This document shows, in pieces, positions 38,270 to 46,176 of a stretch of DNA of 64,000 nt. The DNA comes from an uncultured Gammaproteobacteria bacterium. Lineage in GTDB: Bacteria > Patescibacteriota > Patescibacteriia > Patescibacteriales > UBA12465. The position numbers and the translations under genes were made by a program. The notes beneath the pieces were generated by a model. The model searched no databases. It saw only the letters and a program-made list of their open reading frames with translations, and was not told the origin of the DNA. The stretch is from positions 15,273 through 79,272 of the forward strand of contig CAZXEE010000002.1 in the NCBI GenBank assembly GCA_964639785.1, written 5' to 3'. Positions within the stretch are counted from its first letter, which is position 1. Each line of letters opens with the position of its first letter.

Positions 38270-39664
38270 ATGGCTGAAAAGAATAATACTCTATTCATCT
38301 GTTCTAAATGCGACGCCCAATACTCTAAATGGAGTGGGCGTTGTTTAGAATGCGGTTCTTGGGGAACTATATCCCAGGAAGTTGTTGATGTTAACAGTTC
38401 CCGGACTACTTTCGGAGCTCGGGATAAGGATTTGTTAAAGAATGTTAAGGGGGCCGAGGTTATCAGTCTGGATGCTATAGTAGAGTCTAATCTGGATCGT
38501 TTCGTAACGGATATTTCAGAAGTCGATCGGGTTTTGGGTGGCGGTTTGGTGCCGGGATCATTGATACTGCTGAGCGGAGAACCGGGTGTAGGAAAATCTA
38601 CCATCATCGCCCAGACTGCAGATGCCTTAGCCCGGAAATCTAAGGACCCTGTCCTTTATGTCTCCGGCGAAGAATCAGCTGCCCAGGTGAAGTCCCGCTT
38701 GGACCGTTTGGGTTGCGATTTGAAAAATATCAAGTTTGTCAGCGAAATCAATGCCGAGAAGATAATCGCGACAGCAGTTTCCGTCCATCCAATCTTAGTT
38801 ATCGTGGATTCTATCCAGACCGTCTATTCATCCCAGGTGCCTTCAGAGGCTGGCAGCCTGAATCAGATTAGGGCTTGCGCTGTTAAGTTCTTGGAATTGG
38901 CTAAGACCCATAATATCGCAGTTTGTTTGATCGGACATATTACCAAAGATGGCCAGATTGCCGGTCCGAAGTCATTAGAGCATATCGTCGATACCGTAGT
39001 TTATCTGGAAACGGAAACTCTTAATAATTATTATATCCTGCGAGCCAGCAAGAACCGTTTTGGCAGCGTGAATGAGTTGGGAATATTGGAGATGACCGGT
39101 TCCGGCTTTAAGGAGGTGTCTAATCCGACGGCAGTCTTTTTGGAAGAGAATGACCGCGGTTTAGCCGGTTCAGTAATCAGCTGCATTATTGAAGGAACTA
39201 GGCCGTTTCTGGTTGATATCCAAGCGCTTGTTACCAAGACTATCTTCGGTTATCCGCAACGCAAGGCTTCAGGTTTTGATCTGAACCGCTTGCAAGTCTT
39301 GACCGCCGTTTTATCTAAGCGGCAGAAGGTTAATCTGAGTTCCCAAGATGTGATCTTAAATGTTGTGGGCGGTCTCAAGATCAGCGATCCGGCGCTTGAT
39401 TTGGCAGTCTGCTTGGCAATGGTTTCATCCCATCTCAATCTTGCTTTAGACCGGAGAATGTTGGTTTTGGGAGAAGTCGGTTTGGGCGGAGAATTACGGC
39501 CGGTGGCTAAGCTGGAGTTGAGATTGAAGGAAGCGGAGAAGATGGGCTTTACTAAGATTCTGATCCCAGAAATGAAGTTAGATGGTCTGGGGAAAATGAA
39601 GAACTTGGAGATTATCAAAGTGAAGACTTTGGCAGAAGCGGTTGATATGGTTTTCAAGAAATAA
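38270..39664 (+). CDS. radA: DNA repair/recombination protein RadA (Sms)
   Basis: Zinc ribbon 'CSKCDAQYSKWSGRCLECGSW', Walker A 'GEPGVGKST', 'KNRFG' motif and a Lon-like C-terminal domain. Starts 9 nt after the preceding stop. Confidence 0.95.
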   Translation: MAEKNNTLFICSKCDAQYSKWSGRCLECGSWGTISQEVVDVNSSRTTFGARDKDLLKNVKGAEVISLDAIVESNLDRFVTDISEVDRVLGGGLVPGSLILLSGEPGVGKSTIIAQTADALARKSKDPVLYVSGEESAAQVKSRLDRLGCDLKNIKFVSEINAEKIIATAVSVHPILVIVDSIQTVYSSQVPSEAGSLNQIRACAVKFLELAKTHNIAVCLIGHITKDGQIAGPKSLEHIVDTVVYLETETLNNYYILRASKNRFGSVNELGILEMTGSGFKEVSNPTAVFLEENDRGLAGSVISCIIEGTRPFLVDIQALVTKTIFGYPQRKASGFDLNRLQVLTAVLSKRQKVNLSSQDVILNVVGGLKISDPALDLAVCLAMVSSHLNLALDRRMLVLGEVGLGGELRPVAKLELRLKEAEKMGFTKILIPEMKLDGLGKMKNLEIIKVKTLAEAVDMVFKK

Positions 39665-39679
39665 TCATATTTGGAAAAT

Positions 39680-39711
39680 AAAAAGAGGCGGCCTTATCGG
39701 TCGCCTTTTTG
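39680..39711. terminator. bidirectional rho-independent terminator
   Basis: Stem AGGCGGCC/GGTCGCCT (39686-39706) flanked by an A-run and a T-run. Confidence 0.75.
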
Positions 39712-39714
39712 ATT

Positions 39715-39978
39715 TTATTTTTGTTCTCTTTTTTTCTTTAGAGCTTCGTATTTGAGTAAAGCTCGGATGCTAGTGTTCTCATCATTATCGCTGCTGAATC
39801 TGACATCATCAATGTTGGTGGGAACTGGCTCTTTGGTTCCTTCCTTGATGATGCTGATGAAGACGCTGTTAGGTTTTTTTTGTAATGTGGCTATTATTAT
39901 CTCGCATCGTTTACCTCTGATATGGCCCATGATCGTTTCTTGGTCCATTATCGTTTCCACTATATCTCTTGCTGTCAT
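39715..39978 (-). CDS. small hypothetical protein (paralog A)
   Basis: 87-aa ORF with its own TTGACA-17-TATAGT promoter (40024-40052, minus strand) and a terminator. Homologous by eye to 40100-40417. Confidence 0.6.
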   Translation of the reverse strand: MTARDIVETIMDQETIMGHIRGKRCEIIIATLQKKPNSVFISIIKEGTKEPVPTNIDDVRFSSDNDENTSIRALLKYEALKKKREQK

Positions 39979-40023
39979 GACTATGATTATTTGTTAAATT
40001 ACTAGTATCTATTTAATATCTTG

Positions 40024-40052
40024 ACTATATCATATTTTTATTGTTTTGTCAA
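40024..40052 (-). promoter_or_regulatory. sigma70-like promoter for 39715-39978
   Basis: On the minus strand: TTGACA (40047-40052), 17-nt spacer, TATAGT (40024-40029). Confidence 0.6.
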
Positions 40053-40099
40053 TAAAAAAGACAGCTTTAGCTGCCTTTTGTTTCTTGGTTCTTTTAACC

Positions 40100-40417
40100 C
40101 TATTCTTTCTTTGCTTTGTTTTGGTCGCAAGCGGCACAGCCTCTTTCAGCTATTGCTCGGTTGATCAATATTTCTCTGATTTTTTTGTCTTTTTCCTGGT
40201 CGTTGAAAAAGGAAATCAGGTCTATCCGAGTGGGAAAATGAGTTTTACCCTCTTTCAGATAGACAACGTCGATAAAGACGCCGTTTTCATGGGGTGGGCA
40301 GCCTTTCCTTAGAGTTTCCTTGATCAGGACAAAACATTCTTTGTCGTTGACAGTCCCGATAAAAGTGTCCATTTCAGCGATTTCTTCAGCTGAAACGTTT
40401 GCAGTTGCTGTATTCAT
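40100..40417 (-). CDS. small hypothetical protein (paralog B)
   Basis: 105-aa ORF. Shares the 'K(E/R)C..(I/L)I..TL.K....(N)(G/S)VFI...(Y)(L/I)KEG(K/T)...PT.ID' pattern with paralog A. The competing + ORF (40046-40312) is low-complexity. Confidence 0.6.
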   Translation of the reverse strand: MNTATANVSAEEIAEMDTFIGTVNDKECFVLIKETLRKGCPPHENGVFIDVVYLKEGKTHFPTRIDLISFFNDQEKDKKIREILINRAIAERGCAACDQNKAKKE

Positions 40418-40548
40418 TCCTTTGGCTTTTTGTGGTTGATTAATGAACTATCGTCTTTAGATTAATATATTTTTATCATTGAGTCAAGATTTGACAATTT
40501 AGGCAATATTGGCTATTATAGGGTCAGTTCAACCAAAAAATCTGTATA

Positions 40549-40854
40549 ATGAAAAAAAATATCGCTCTTTTGAAATTTGGCACTTATTGCCTTTTAGCTA
40601 TCTATGCTATCGGTTTCTGGTTTTATGCTTTCATCTCCGCAATGTATTTCTTTGCCTTCATCTTTGACGAAAGCATGACCCTTTCCGGTTCTAGCCTGGA
40701 ACAGAGTATTAGATGGTTTATTCTTCATCCTTTAGCCTTGGTTATTTTTATAGTCATGACTATTCCCGGGTTAATTATCTTGGGATGGGATGATATCAAA
40801 AAATGGATTGAGAAAAGACGGGAGAGAGATCTCTATTTGGAGTCTCCTCGTTAA
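40549..40854 (+). CDS. small three-TM membrane protein
   Basis: 101-aa ORF with a TTGACA-17-TATTAT promoter upstream and a terminator downstream. Confidence 0.55.
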   Translation: MKKNIALLKFGTYCLLAIYAIGFWFYAFISAMYFFAFIFDESMTLSGSSLEQSIRWFILHPLALVIFIVMTIPGLIILGWDDIKKWIEKRRERDLYLESPR

Positions 40855-40882
40855 GTGAGGATTAAGATTAAATTAGAAAAAC

Positions 40883-40914
40883 AAAAAAGCTTCGAAACAA
40901 CGAAGCTTTTTTTA
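40883..40914. terminator. bidirectional rho-independent terminator
   Basis: Stem AAAAGCTTCG/CGAAGCTTTT with a 6-nt loop. Confidence 0.75.
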
Positions 40915-42996
40915 TTCCAAATGGATGTGTTTATTGAAGTCGCCTAACTTTTCTTTGATTAGCGGATAGTGTTTTAGTCCTGGGTCTTGGGTGATGAGTT
41001 TCTCGGCTTCTTCCTGGGCTTGTTTAATGAGTCTTGGGTCGAAGAGCGAAGCGATCTTTATTTCTGGATAGCCGCTTTGAATGGTGCCATATATTTCTCC
41101 TGATCCTCTCAGTTTCAAGTCCTCTTGGGCGAGCAGGAAGCCGTCTTGGTATTTGGCCATAGTTTCTAATCTCTTCAGGCTTTTCTGATTCTGCAATCCT
41201 TCATCTTGGCCAGGGAAGAGGAAACAGTATGATTGATGTTTGTCTCGGCCGACTCGGCCGCGGAATTGGTGCAATTGGGCTAGGCCGAAACGCTCGGCGC
41301 CTTCAATGATCATAATACTGGCATTGGGAACGTCGATGCCGACTTCAATGACTGAAGTCGCTACCAGGATTTTGGTTTTGTTGTCTAGGAAGTCACGCAT
41401 GATTTTTTCTTTTTCGGCGCTTTTCATCTTGCCATGGAGCAGTCCGACTGGAAGGTCGGGAAAGATTTCTTGATCCAATCTCTGATGTTCTTCTTTGACT
41501 GATTTTACCCCCAGTTTGTCGGAAGGATCGATGAGCGGACAGATGACGAAAGCTTGCCGGCCTTTTTCTATCTCCTGTTTGATGAATTTGTATGTTTGGG
41601 AACGTTCTTGGTTGGTGATGATCTGGGTGATGATATTCTGGCGGTTCTTCGGCTTTTCTTTGAGGAGGGAGACGCTCAGGTCGCCATAGATGGAAAGGGC
41701 GAGGGAACGAGGGATGGGGGTGGCGGTCATGGAAAGGAAATGCGGGACGTGGCGAGCCTTTTCGTTTAACAGCAGTTTTTGTCTTTGTTCAACGCCAAAA
41801 CGATGTTGTTCATCGACCACTATCAAGGCTAATTCGGGGAATTCCAGGCCTTTTTGGATCAAAGCGTGGGTGCCGATCAATATCTGAGAGCGCTTGATGA
41901 TCTCGGGGGCTGGCAGCTTCTTCTTCTCTTCCGCTTCGAAGCTGATCTTTTTCTGGGAGTTAGTAAGCAGTCCGATGGTTATATCTTCATCCTTGAGCAA
42001 TCCGCTGATGGTTTGGAAATGTTGTTCGGCCAGGATTTCAGTGGGAGCCATCAAGACAGCTTGATGGCCATTCTTGGCAACATTAAGCATAGCGATGATA
42101 GCTACCAAGGTTTTGCCGCTGCCGACGTCGCCTTCCAACAAGCGGGACATCGGGGTTGATTTTTCTAAGTCTAATAATATTTCCCAAGCAGCTTTCTTTT
42201 GGTCATCGGTAATCTGGAAAGGTAGGGAAGCGACAAAATCGCGGGTAGTTTTCTCCTGGAATTCGATCTGAGGAGCGATATTGGATTCCAATTCTTTCTT
42301 AGTGATCTGAGCTTGGAGTTGGCGGATAAACAGCTCGGCAAATCCAAGACGTTGTTTGGCAGCTCTGAGTTCGTCCTCGTTCTTGGGAAAATGGATATGG
42401 TATAGAGCTTGGTATAGATTCTCAAGATTCAGTTTTTTCTTGATGTCATTAGGAATCCAATCTGGAATCAGTTTGGCCAGTTCTATATTTTGTTTGATGG
42501 CTGTCCGGATCTGTTTCTGGGCTAGATTGGCTGTTGTGCTGTAGATCGGGGTTAGTCCTCTGGTGTGGATCAATTCTTGATTATTATCGGAAATTTTTTC
42601 ATAAGTCGGAGAAACCAGAACCAATTGGCCGTCTTTCATAGTGACTTTTCCTGCTAGGGAAATAGTGTCTCCGACTCTCAGAGTCTTAGACAAGAAAGCC
42701 TGGTTGAACCAGATTACTTTGATGGTGTCGGTTTCATCCTTGACCAAGGCTTCAGTTACATAGATCCGCCTTTGGAAGCTGCGTCGATTATGGATGAGGT
42801 CTATCTGGCCGACGATATTGGCGATTGAATTCTCGGTAAGGTCTTCAATAGCCATGGTTTGGCCGAAATTGTCATAGCGCCAGGGGAAATAAAAAATCAG
42901 GTCTTGAATAGTTTCAAGACCTAATTTCTTAAAGCGTAGGGCGGTAGTCTTGCCGACCCGGCTTAGAGAGCTGATATGAGAGGAAAGAAGATTCAT
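40912..42996 (-). CDS. recG: ATP-dependent DNA helicase RecG
   Basis: N-terminal wedge/OB region. Motif I 'GDVGSGKT', motif II 'VVDEQHRFG', and 'QLHQFRGRVGR'. Confidence 0.95.
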   Translation of the reverse strand: MNLLSSHISSLSRVGKTTALRFKKLGLETIQDLIFYFPWRYDNFGQTMAIEDLTENSIANIVGQIDLIHNRRSFQRRIYVTEALVKDETDTIKVIWFNQAFLSKTLRVGDTISLAGKVTMKDGQLVLVSPTYEKISDNNQELIHTRGLTPIYSTTANLAQKQIRTAIKQNIELAKLIPDWIPNDIKKKLNLENLYQALYHIHFPKNEDELRAAKQRLGFAELFIRQLQAQITKKELESNIAPQIEFQEKTTRDFVASLPFQITDDQKKAAWEILLDLEKSTPMSRLLEGDVGSGKTLVAIIAMLNVAKNGHQAVLMAPTEILAEQHFQTISGLLKDEDITIGLLTNSQKKISFEAEEKKKLPAPEIIKRSQILIGTHALIQKGLEFPELALIVVDEQHRFGVEQRQKLLLNEKARHVPHFLSMTATPIPRSLALSIYGDLSVSLLKEKPKNRQNIITQIITNQERSQTYKFIKQEIEKGRQAFVICPLIDPSDKLGVKSVKEEHQRLDQEIFPDLPVGLLHGKMKSAEKEKIMRDFLDNKTKILVATSVIEVGIDVPNASIMIIEGAERFGLAQLHQFRGRVGRDKHQSYCFLFPGQDEGLQNQKSLKRLETMAKYQDGFLLAQEDLKLRGSGEIYGTIQSGYPEIKIASLFDPRLIKQAQEEAEKLITQDPGLKHYPLIKEKLGDFNKHIHLE

Positions 42997-43013
42997 ATAA
43001 GCTTATATATTCG

Positions 43014-43085
43014 TGCCCTCACTAGGAATCGAACCTAGATTTTGAGATCCGCAATCTCACGTTCTATCCGTTGAACTATGAGGAC
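43014..43085 (-). tRNA. tRNA-Arg (anticodon GCG), no encoded CCA
   Basis: Hand-folded cloverleaf of 72 nt. Acceptor stem GTCCTCA/TGAGGGC, D arm GTTC-AACGGATA-GAAC, anticodon arm TGAGA-TTGCGGA-TCTCA, T arm CTAGG-TTCGATT-CCTAG. Confidence 0.8.
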
Positions 43086-43144
43086 AAATTTAATGCGAAC
43101 GATATCCGTTCGCATTATATATTATATTATTATTTTGTTTTTGT

Positions 43145-43678
43145 CTACAACTTCAAAGTCCTTGACAAACCCTCGGATAATGGGGCGTCATTTCGGTCCA
43201 AATCTTCGGCCAGGAAGCGCAACAGGAAGTTTCGGACTTCAATTGGGTTAGCTTCTTTTAGCGGGATAGATAGGTGGGGACGCATGGTATTCTTGAAATT
43301 CAGGTAAAGGTTCTTGATATTGTCTTTAGGGCGGAAAACTACCGAAAAGTCCTTGAAAGTGTCATAGCTATAGAATCTCTGGCCGACATAAATACCGGTT
43401 GATTCCAGGGAAAAGTTTACTACTAACGGTTCTTGGCCATCTCTGGTAATGACGATAAAGGCGATAATGACGATAATCAAGGCAAAGAGGTAATTGCGGG
43501 TAAAGACGGCATAGGCGATCAGTCCTAAAGCGACAATTGCGGCGATGATATACCAGCGGCGATCCCTTTCATATTTCTCATATTCCGGGATTTTCCATTG
43601 GATACCATTGGCACTAGCTTTTTCAGCCTCTTTTTTGGCCATTTTTTTATTCTTTTTAGACATAGTATTGGTTGACAA
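43145..43678 (-). CDS. two-TM hypothetical membrane protein
   Basis: Lys-rich N-terminus, two adjacent TM helices ('WYIIAAIVALGLIAYAVF', 'LFALIIVIIAFIVI'), then a ~100-aa soluble domain. Confidence 0.6.
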   Translation of the reverse strand: MSTNTMSKKNKKMAKKEAEKASANGIQWKIPEYEKYERDRRWYIIAAIVALGLIAYAVFTRNYLFALIIVIIAFIVITRDGQEPLVVNFSLESTGIYVGQRFYSYDTFKDFSVVFRPKDNIKNLYLNFKNTMRPHLSIPLKEANPIEVRNFLLRFLAEDLDRNDAPLSEGLSRTLKL

Positions 43679-43736
43679 TAGTTGTTAGATTTTATATCAT
43701 TATAACATAATTTTTAAATACAATAAAGATTATAGT

Positions 43737-43826
43737 GGAGAGGTGGCCGAGCGGCTGAAGGCGGCAGGTTGCTAACCTGTTATAGGGGTTTTGCTCCTAT
43801 CCGGGGTTCGAATCCCCGCCTCTCCG
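43737..43826 (+). tRNA. tRNA-Ser (anticodon GCT), no encoded CCA
   Basis: Acceptor stem GGAGAGG/CCTCTCC, anticodon loop TTGCTAA, long variable arm, T loop TTCGAAT. 90 nt. Confidence 0.9.
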
Positions 43827-43833
43827 CAGATTC

Positions 43834-43861
43834 AAAATAGCCCTATTTAGGGCTATTTTTT
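43834..43861 (+). terminator. rho-independent terminator after tRNA-Ser
   Basis: Stem AAAATAGCCC/GGGCTATTTT followed by a T-run. Confidence 0.7.
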
Positions 43862-43939
43862 GATAGGGAGTTTATCACTTTAGGATAGCGTGGTATAATA
43901 ACCATATCAGATATTTATTAATTGATTGATAATAACTAT

Positions 43940-44257
43940 ATGAAAAATTCAATTCTCGCTAGACGAGGAGCAATCCACGCCTTTGGCGTTCTTGTATATA
44001 CCTCTTTACTGGCTATCTTCTTTGATCAAGCTAATAATTGGTTCGGCCAGGCTGATCAGAAGATAATTACACCTATAGCTGCGTTGATGCTTTTTGTCTT
44101 TTCAGCTTTGGTGGTTGGCGGATTAGTTTTGGGAAAGCCGCTTATGCTTTATATTGATGGAAAAAAGAAAGAAGGGATAAGGTTATTATTTTTTACCGGC
44201 ATTGGTTTGTTTGTTTTTATGGCTATAGCCTTCATGACTTTGTTTTTAATGAAGTAG
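43940..44257 (+). CDS. small three-TM membrane protein
   Basis: Hydrophobic ORF. Start taken at the ATG at 43940 ('MKNSILARRG'). Confidence 0.5.
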   Translation: MKNSILARRGAIHAFGVLVYTSLLAIFFDQANNWFGQADQKIITPIAALMLFVFSALVVGGLVLGKPLMLYIDGKKKEGIRLLFFTGIGLFVFMAIAFMTLFLMK

Positions 44258-44319
44258 AAAGAGTTAATATTGAAAATTATCGACAAGGTAATTAAAAGTT
44301 AGGATATGAAAAAAAGCAC

Positions 44320-44352
44320 CAAATTTTTGTTTGGTGCTTTTATTTTTTTAGA
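44320..44352. terminator. bidirectional rho-independent terminator
   Basis: Stem AAAGCACCAAA/TTTGGTGCTTT with a 6-nt loop. Confidence 0.75.
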
Positions 44353-44358
44353 TATCAG

Positions 44359-44850
44359 TTAAGCGGCTTTGGTAAGGATGTTCTCGCGGATAGCCTTGCA
44401 GATTAATCCTAATCCAATCATTGATATGTAGGCGATTGCCATGATTGTCCAGGCTTGAGCAGACCATTCTTCACGCAGTGCTTGGACCAGCATTTTGCTG
44501 CTGCCATTATTCATTGCAGCATGAAAATCGGGCAGAAAGTGGAAGGCAGCATCAGCGGCTGAAATCATCCAGATGTTTATGCAAGGGAATGCCAATAGGT
44601 AGATGACAGTCTTTCCCCAAGTTGGAATTTCGAGCTTGAGCAGATCTGATGGCATGACGAATTGGAAAAGGAATAATGGGGTTATGAATGTCAGGCTTCC
44701 AATGATAGCGATGGAATCCCAGGTTTCGTTTGATCCGTCAAAGAATGACAGGTTGACGATTGTTCCAACCAGCATGGTAATTATACCTGAAATTAAGATT
44801 ATTAATACGGCTAATCTGAGCCATTCCGAAAAACTTTTTCTGGTTTTCAT
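44359..44850 (-). CDS. polytopic hypothetical membrane protein
   Basis: 163-aa ORF with about 5 hydrophobic helices. Confidence 0.55.
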   Translation of the reverse strand: MKTRKSFSEWLRLAVLIILISGIITMLVGTIVNLSFFDGSNETWDSIAIIGSLTFITPLFLFQFVMPSDLLKLEIPTWGKTVIYLLAFPCINIWMISAADAAFHFLPDFHAAMNNGSSKMLVQALREEWSAQAWTIMAIAYISMIGLGLICKAIRENILTKAA

Positions 44851-44989
44851 GGTTGTATTTTTTTGTGAATGTTCGATTTATCGTGGGGTAATTATACCAT
44901 ATTTATATAAAATTGTCAATATTTTCAGGTTGACAGGCCTATTTTGATGTGGTTAGCTGTTTTGGTAGTTCTTAAATAAAAATAGATTA

Positions 44990-45496
44990 ATGATGAAGAT
45001 TATTGTTGTTCATGGAAATGAGAACCGGGGATATGCTTTATCCCAGGATTCTGTCGATCGTTGTAAGGAGACTATCAGCTTATATCATTCGATCGGGGCT
45101 GATCGCATAATTTGCTCTGGCGGATTTTTCTCTTTGAGCCAAAAAGAAGTCGGGATCGGGCTGGCGATAAATTCTTGGTTTCTGAGCCATGGTTTGGAAT
45201 CAGCTGATATCGTCGTTGAAGATACTTCACTGACTACCATTCATAATGTTGAAATGGTTTCGAAGATGATGGGGAAAGATGATATCGTATATGTAGTGTC
45301 ATCTGATTATCATTCTCGGCGAGTCAGGCTTATTTGGAATTTGATCGGAAAAAGAAAGATCATTTTTGTTTCGGCCAAATCTAGAATAACGATTAAAAAG
45401 ATCTTAGTGGAAGTTATTGGGATGATGATAGTTATTTTTTATCATTTCGGGTGGAAGTTTCCGGAACTATTCTATCGGCGAACGAGAGAAAAGTAA
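44990..45496 (+). CDS. DUF218/YdcF-like (ElyC family) protein
   Basis: 'IVVHGNE...IICSGG' and 'VVSSDYHSRRV', a pattern typical of DUF218. Confidence 0.5.
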   Translation: MMKIIVVHGNENRGYALSQDSVDRCKETISLYHSIGADRIICSGGFFSLSQKEVGIGLAINSWFLSHGLESADIVVEDTSLTTIHNVEMVSKMMGKDDIVYVVSSDYHSRRVRLIWNLIGKRKIIFVSAKSRITIKKILVEVIGMMIVIFYHFGWKFPELFYRRTREK

Positions 45497-45499
45497 TTT

Positions 45500-45533
45500 A
45501 AAGAGGGTGAAATAACCCTCTTTTATTTTTTTT
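45500..45533 (+). terminator. rho-independent terminator
   Basis: Stem AAGAGGGT/ACCCTCTT followed by TTATTTTTTTT. Confidence 0.7.
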
Positions 45534-45616
45534 GTCTATCACTTGATTAAATCAGTTGTGTGTGACAATATATTAGCAATCGAAGTACCTTTGTCTAATA
45601 TAAATAAACTTGAGAG

Positions 45617-46078
45617 ATGGAAAATGATAATCATTTTTGTCTGGTGGCGGGCTATAGTGGCTCTTTTCCGGATTTAGCTTTTGCTATCGGCAATATGGCC
45701 TATGACCGAACAGCACAACTGTTTGAAGATTGGGCTAGGCGGATAACGCAGAGGATGGATAAAGAAGGGAAAGGGTTAGCCGATGGCTTGATAATAGCCA
45801 AAGCTAAGCTTAACCATGTCTGGGATGAACCATATATGGTTAGCCGGTGGGAAGCCGTTGCTATCAAGCATCCTAGTTTTGTCGTCGGTTATGGCGGTTC
45901 GCTTGTCGAATTAGCCAATGCCTTGGGAGACATGGAGCGTCATCGGGTCAGCTTGCTGATCGGTTATCTGGCGGCTGATTTCGCCAGGCAATCCGCTTCC
46001 GATTCCCAAGGAGGCCGGAAGAAGCTAGCTTCTAGCTTATCGGAAATAGCCAAATGTCTCCAGAAAGCCGCTTCTTAG
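45617..46078 (+). CDS. hypothetical protein with internal two-fold repeat
   Basis: 'FCLVAGYSGSFPDLAFAIGNMAYDR' (N-terminal half) matches 'SFVVGYGGSLVELANALGDMERHR' (C-terminal half). Confidence 0.55.
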   Translation: MENDNHFCLVAGYSGSFPDLAFAIGNMAYDRTAQLFEDWARRITQRMDKEGKGLADGLIIAKAKLNHVWDEPYMVSRWEAVAIKHPSFVVGYGGSLVELANALGDMERHRVSLLIGYLAADFARQSASDSQGGRKKLASSLSEIAKCLQKAAS

Positions 46079-46088
46079 TGTTGAGCTT

Positions 46089-46118
46089 TAAAATCCTCGA
46101 ATTATCGAGGATTTTTTT
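46089..46118 (+). terminator. rho-independent terminator
   Basis: Stem AAATCCTCGA/TCGAGGATTT followed by a T-run. Confidence 0.75.
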
Positions 46119-46176
46119 ATTGGTGAATATCTCTGAAAATGATATAATATGAGTATAATTAACTAAAATTAATATT

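Noticed and set aside
40046-40312. An 88-aa plus-strand hydrophobic ORF overlapping paralog B.
   Set aside because: Its sequence is Phe/Leu/Val-rich from T-rich DNA, and it begins inside the minus-strand terminator. The minus-strand ORF has a paralog next door, which supports that strand.
43071-43307. A 78-aa plus-strand ORF spanning the tRNA-Arg 5' end and the 3' end of the minus-strand membrane-protein gene.
   Set aside because: It overlaps a well-folding tRNA and a better-supported gene, and it has no expression signals.
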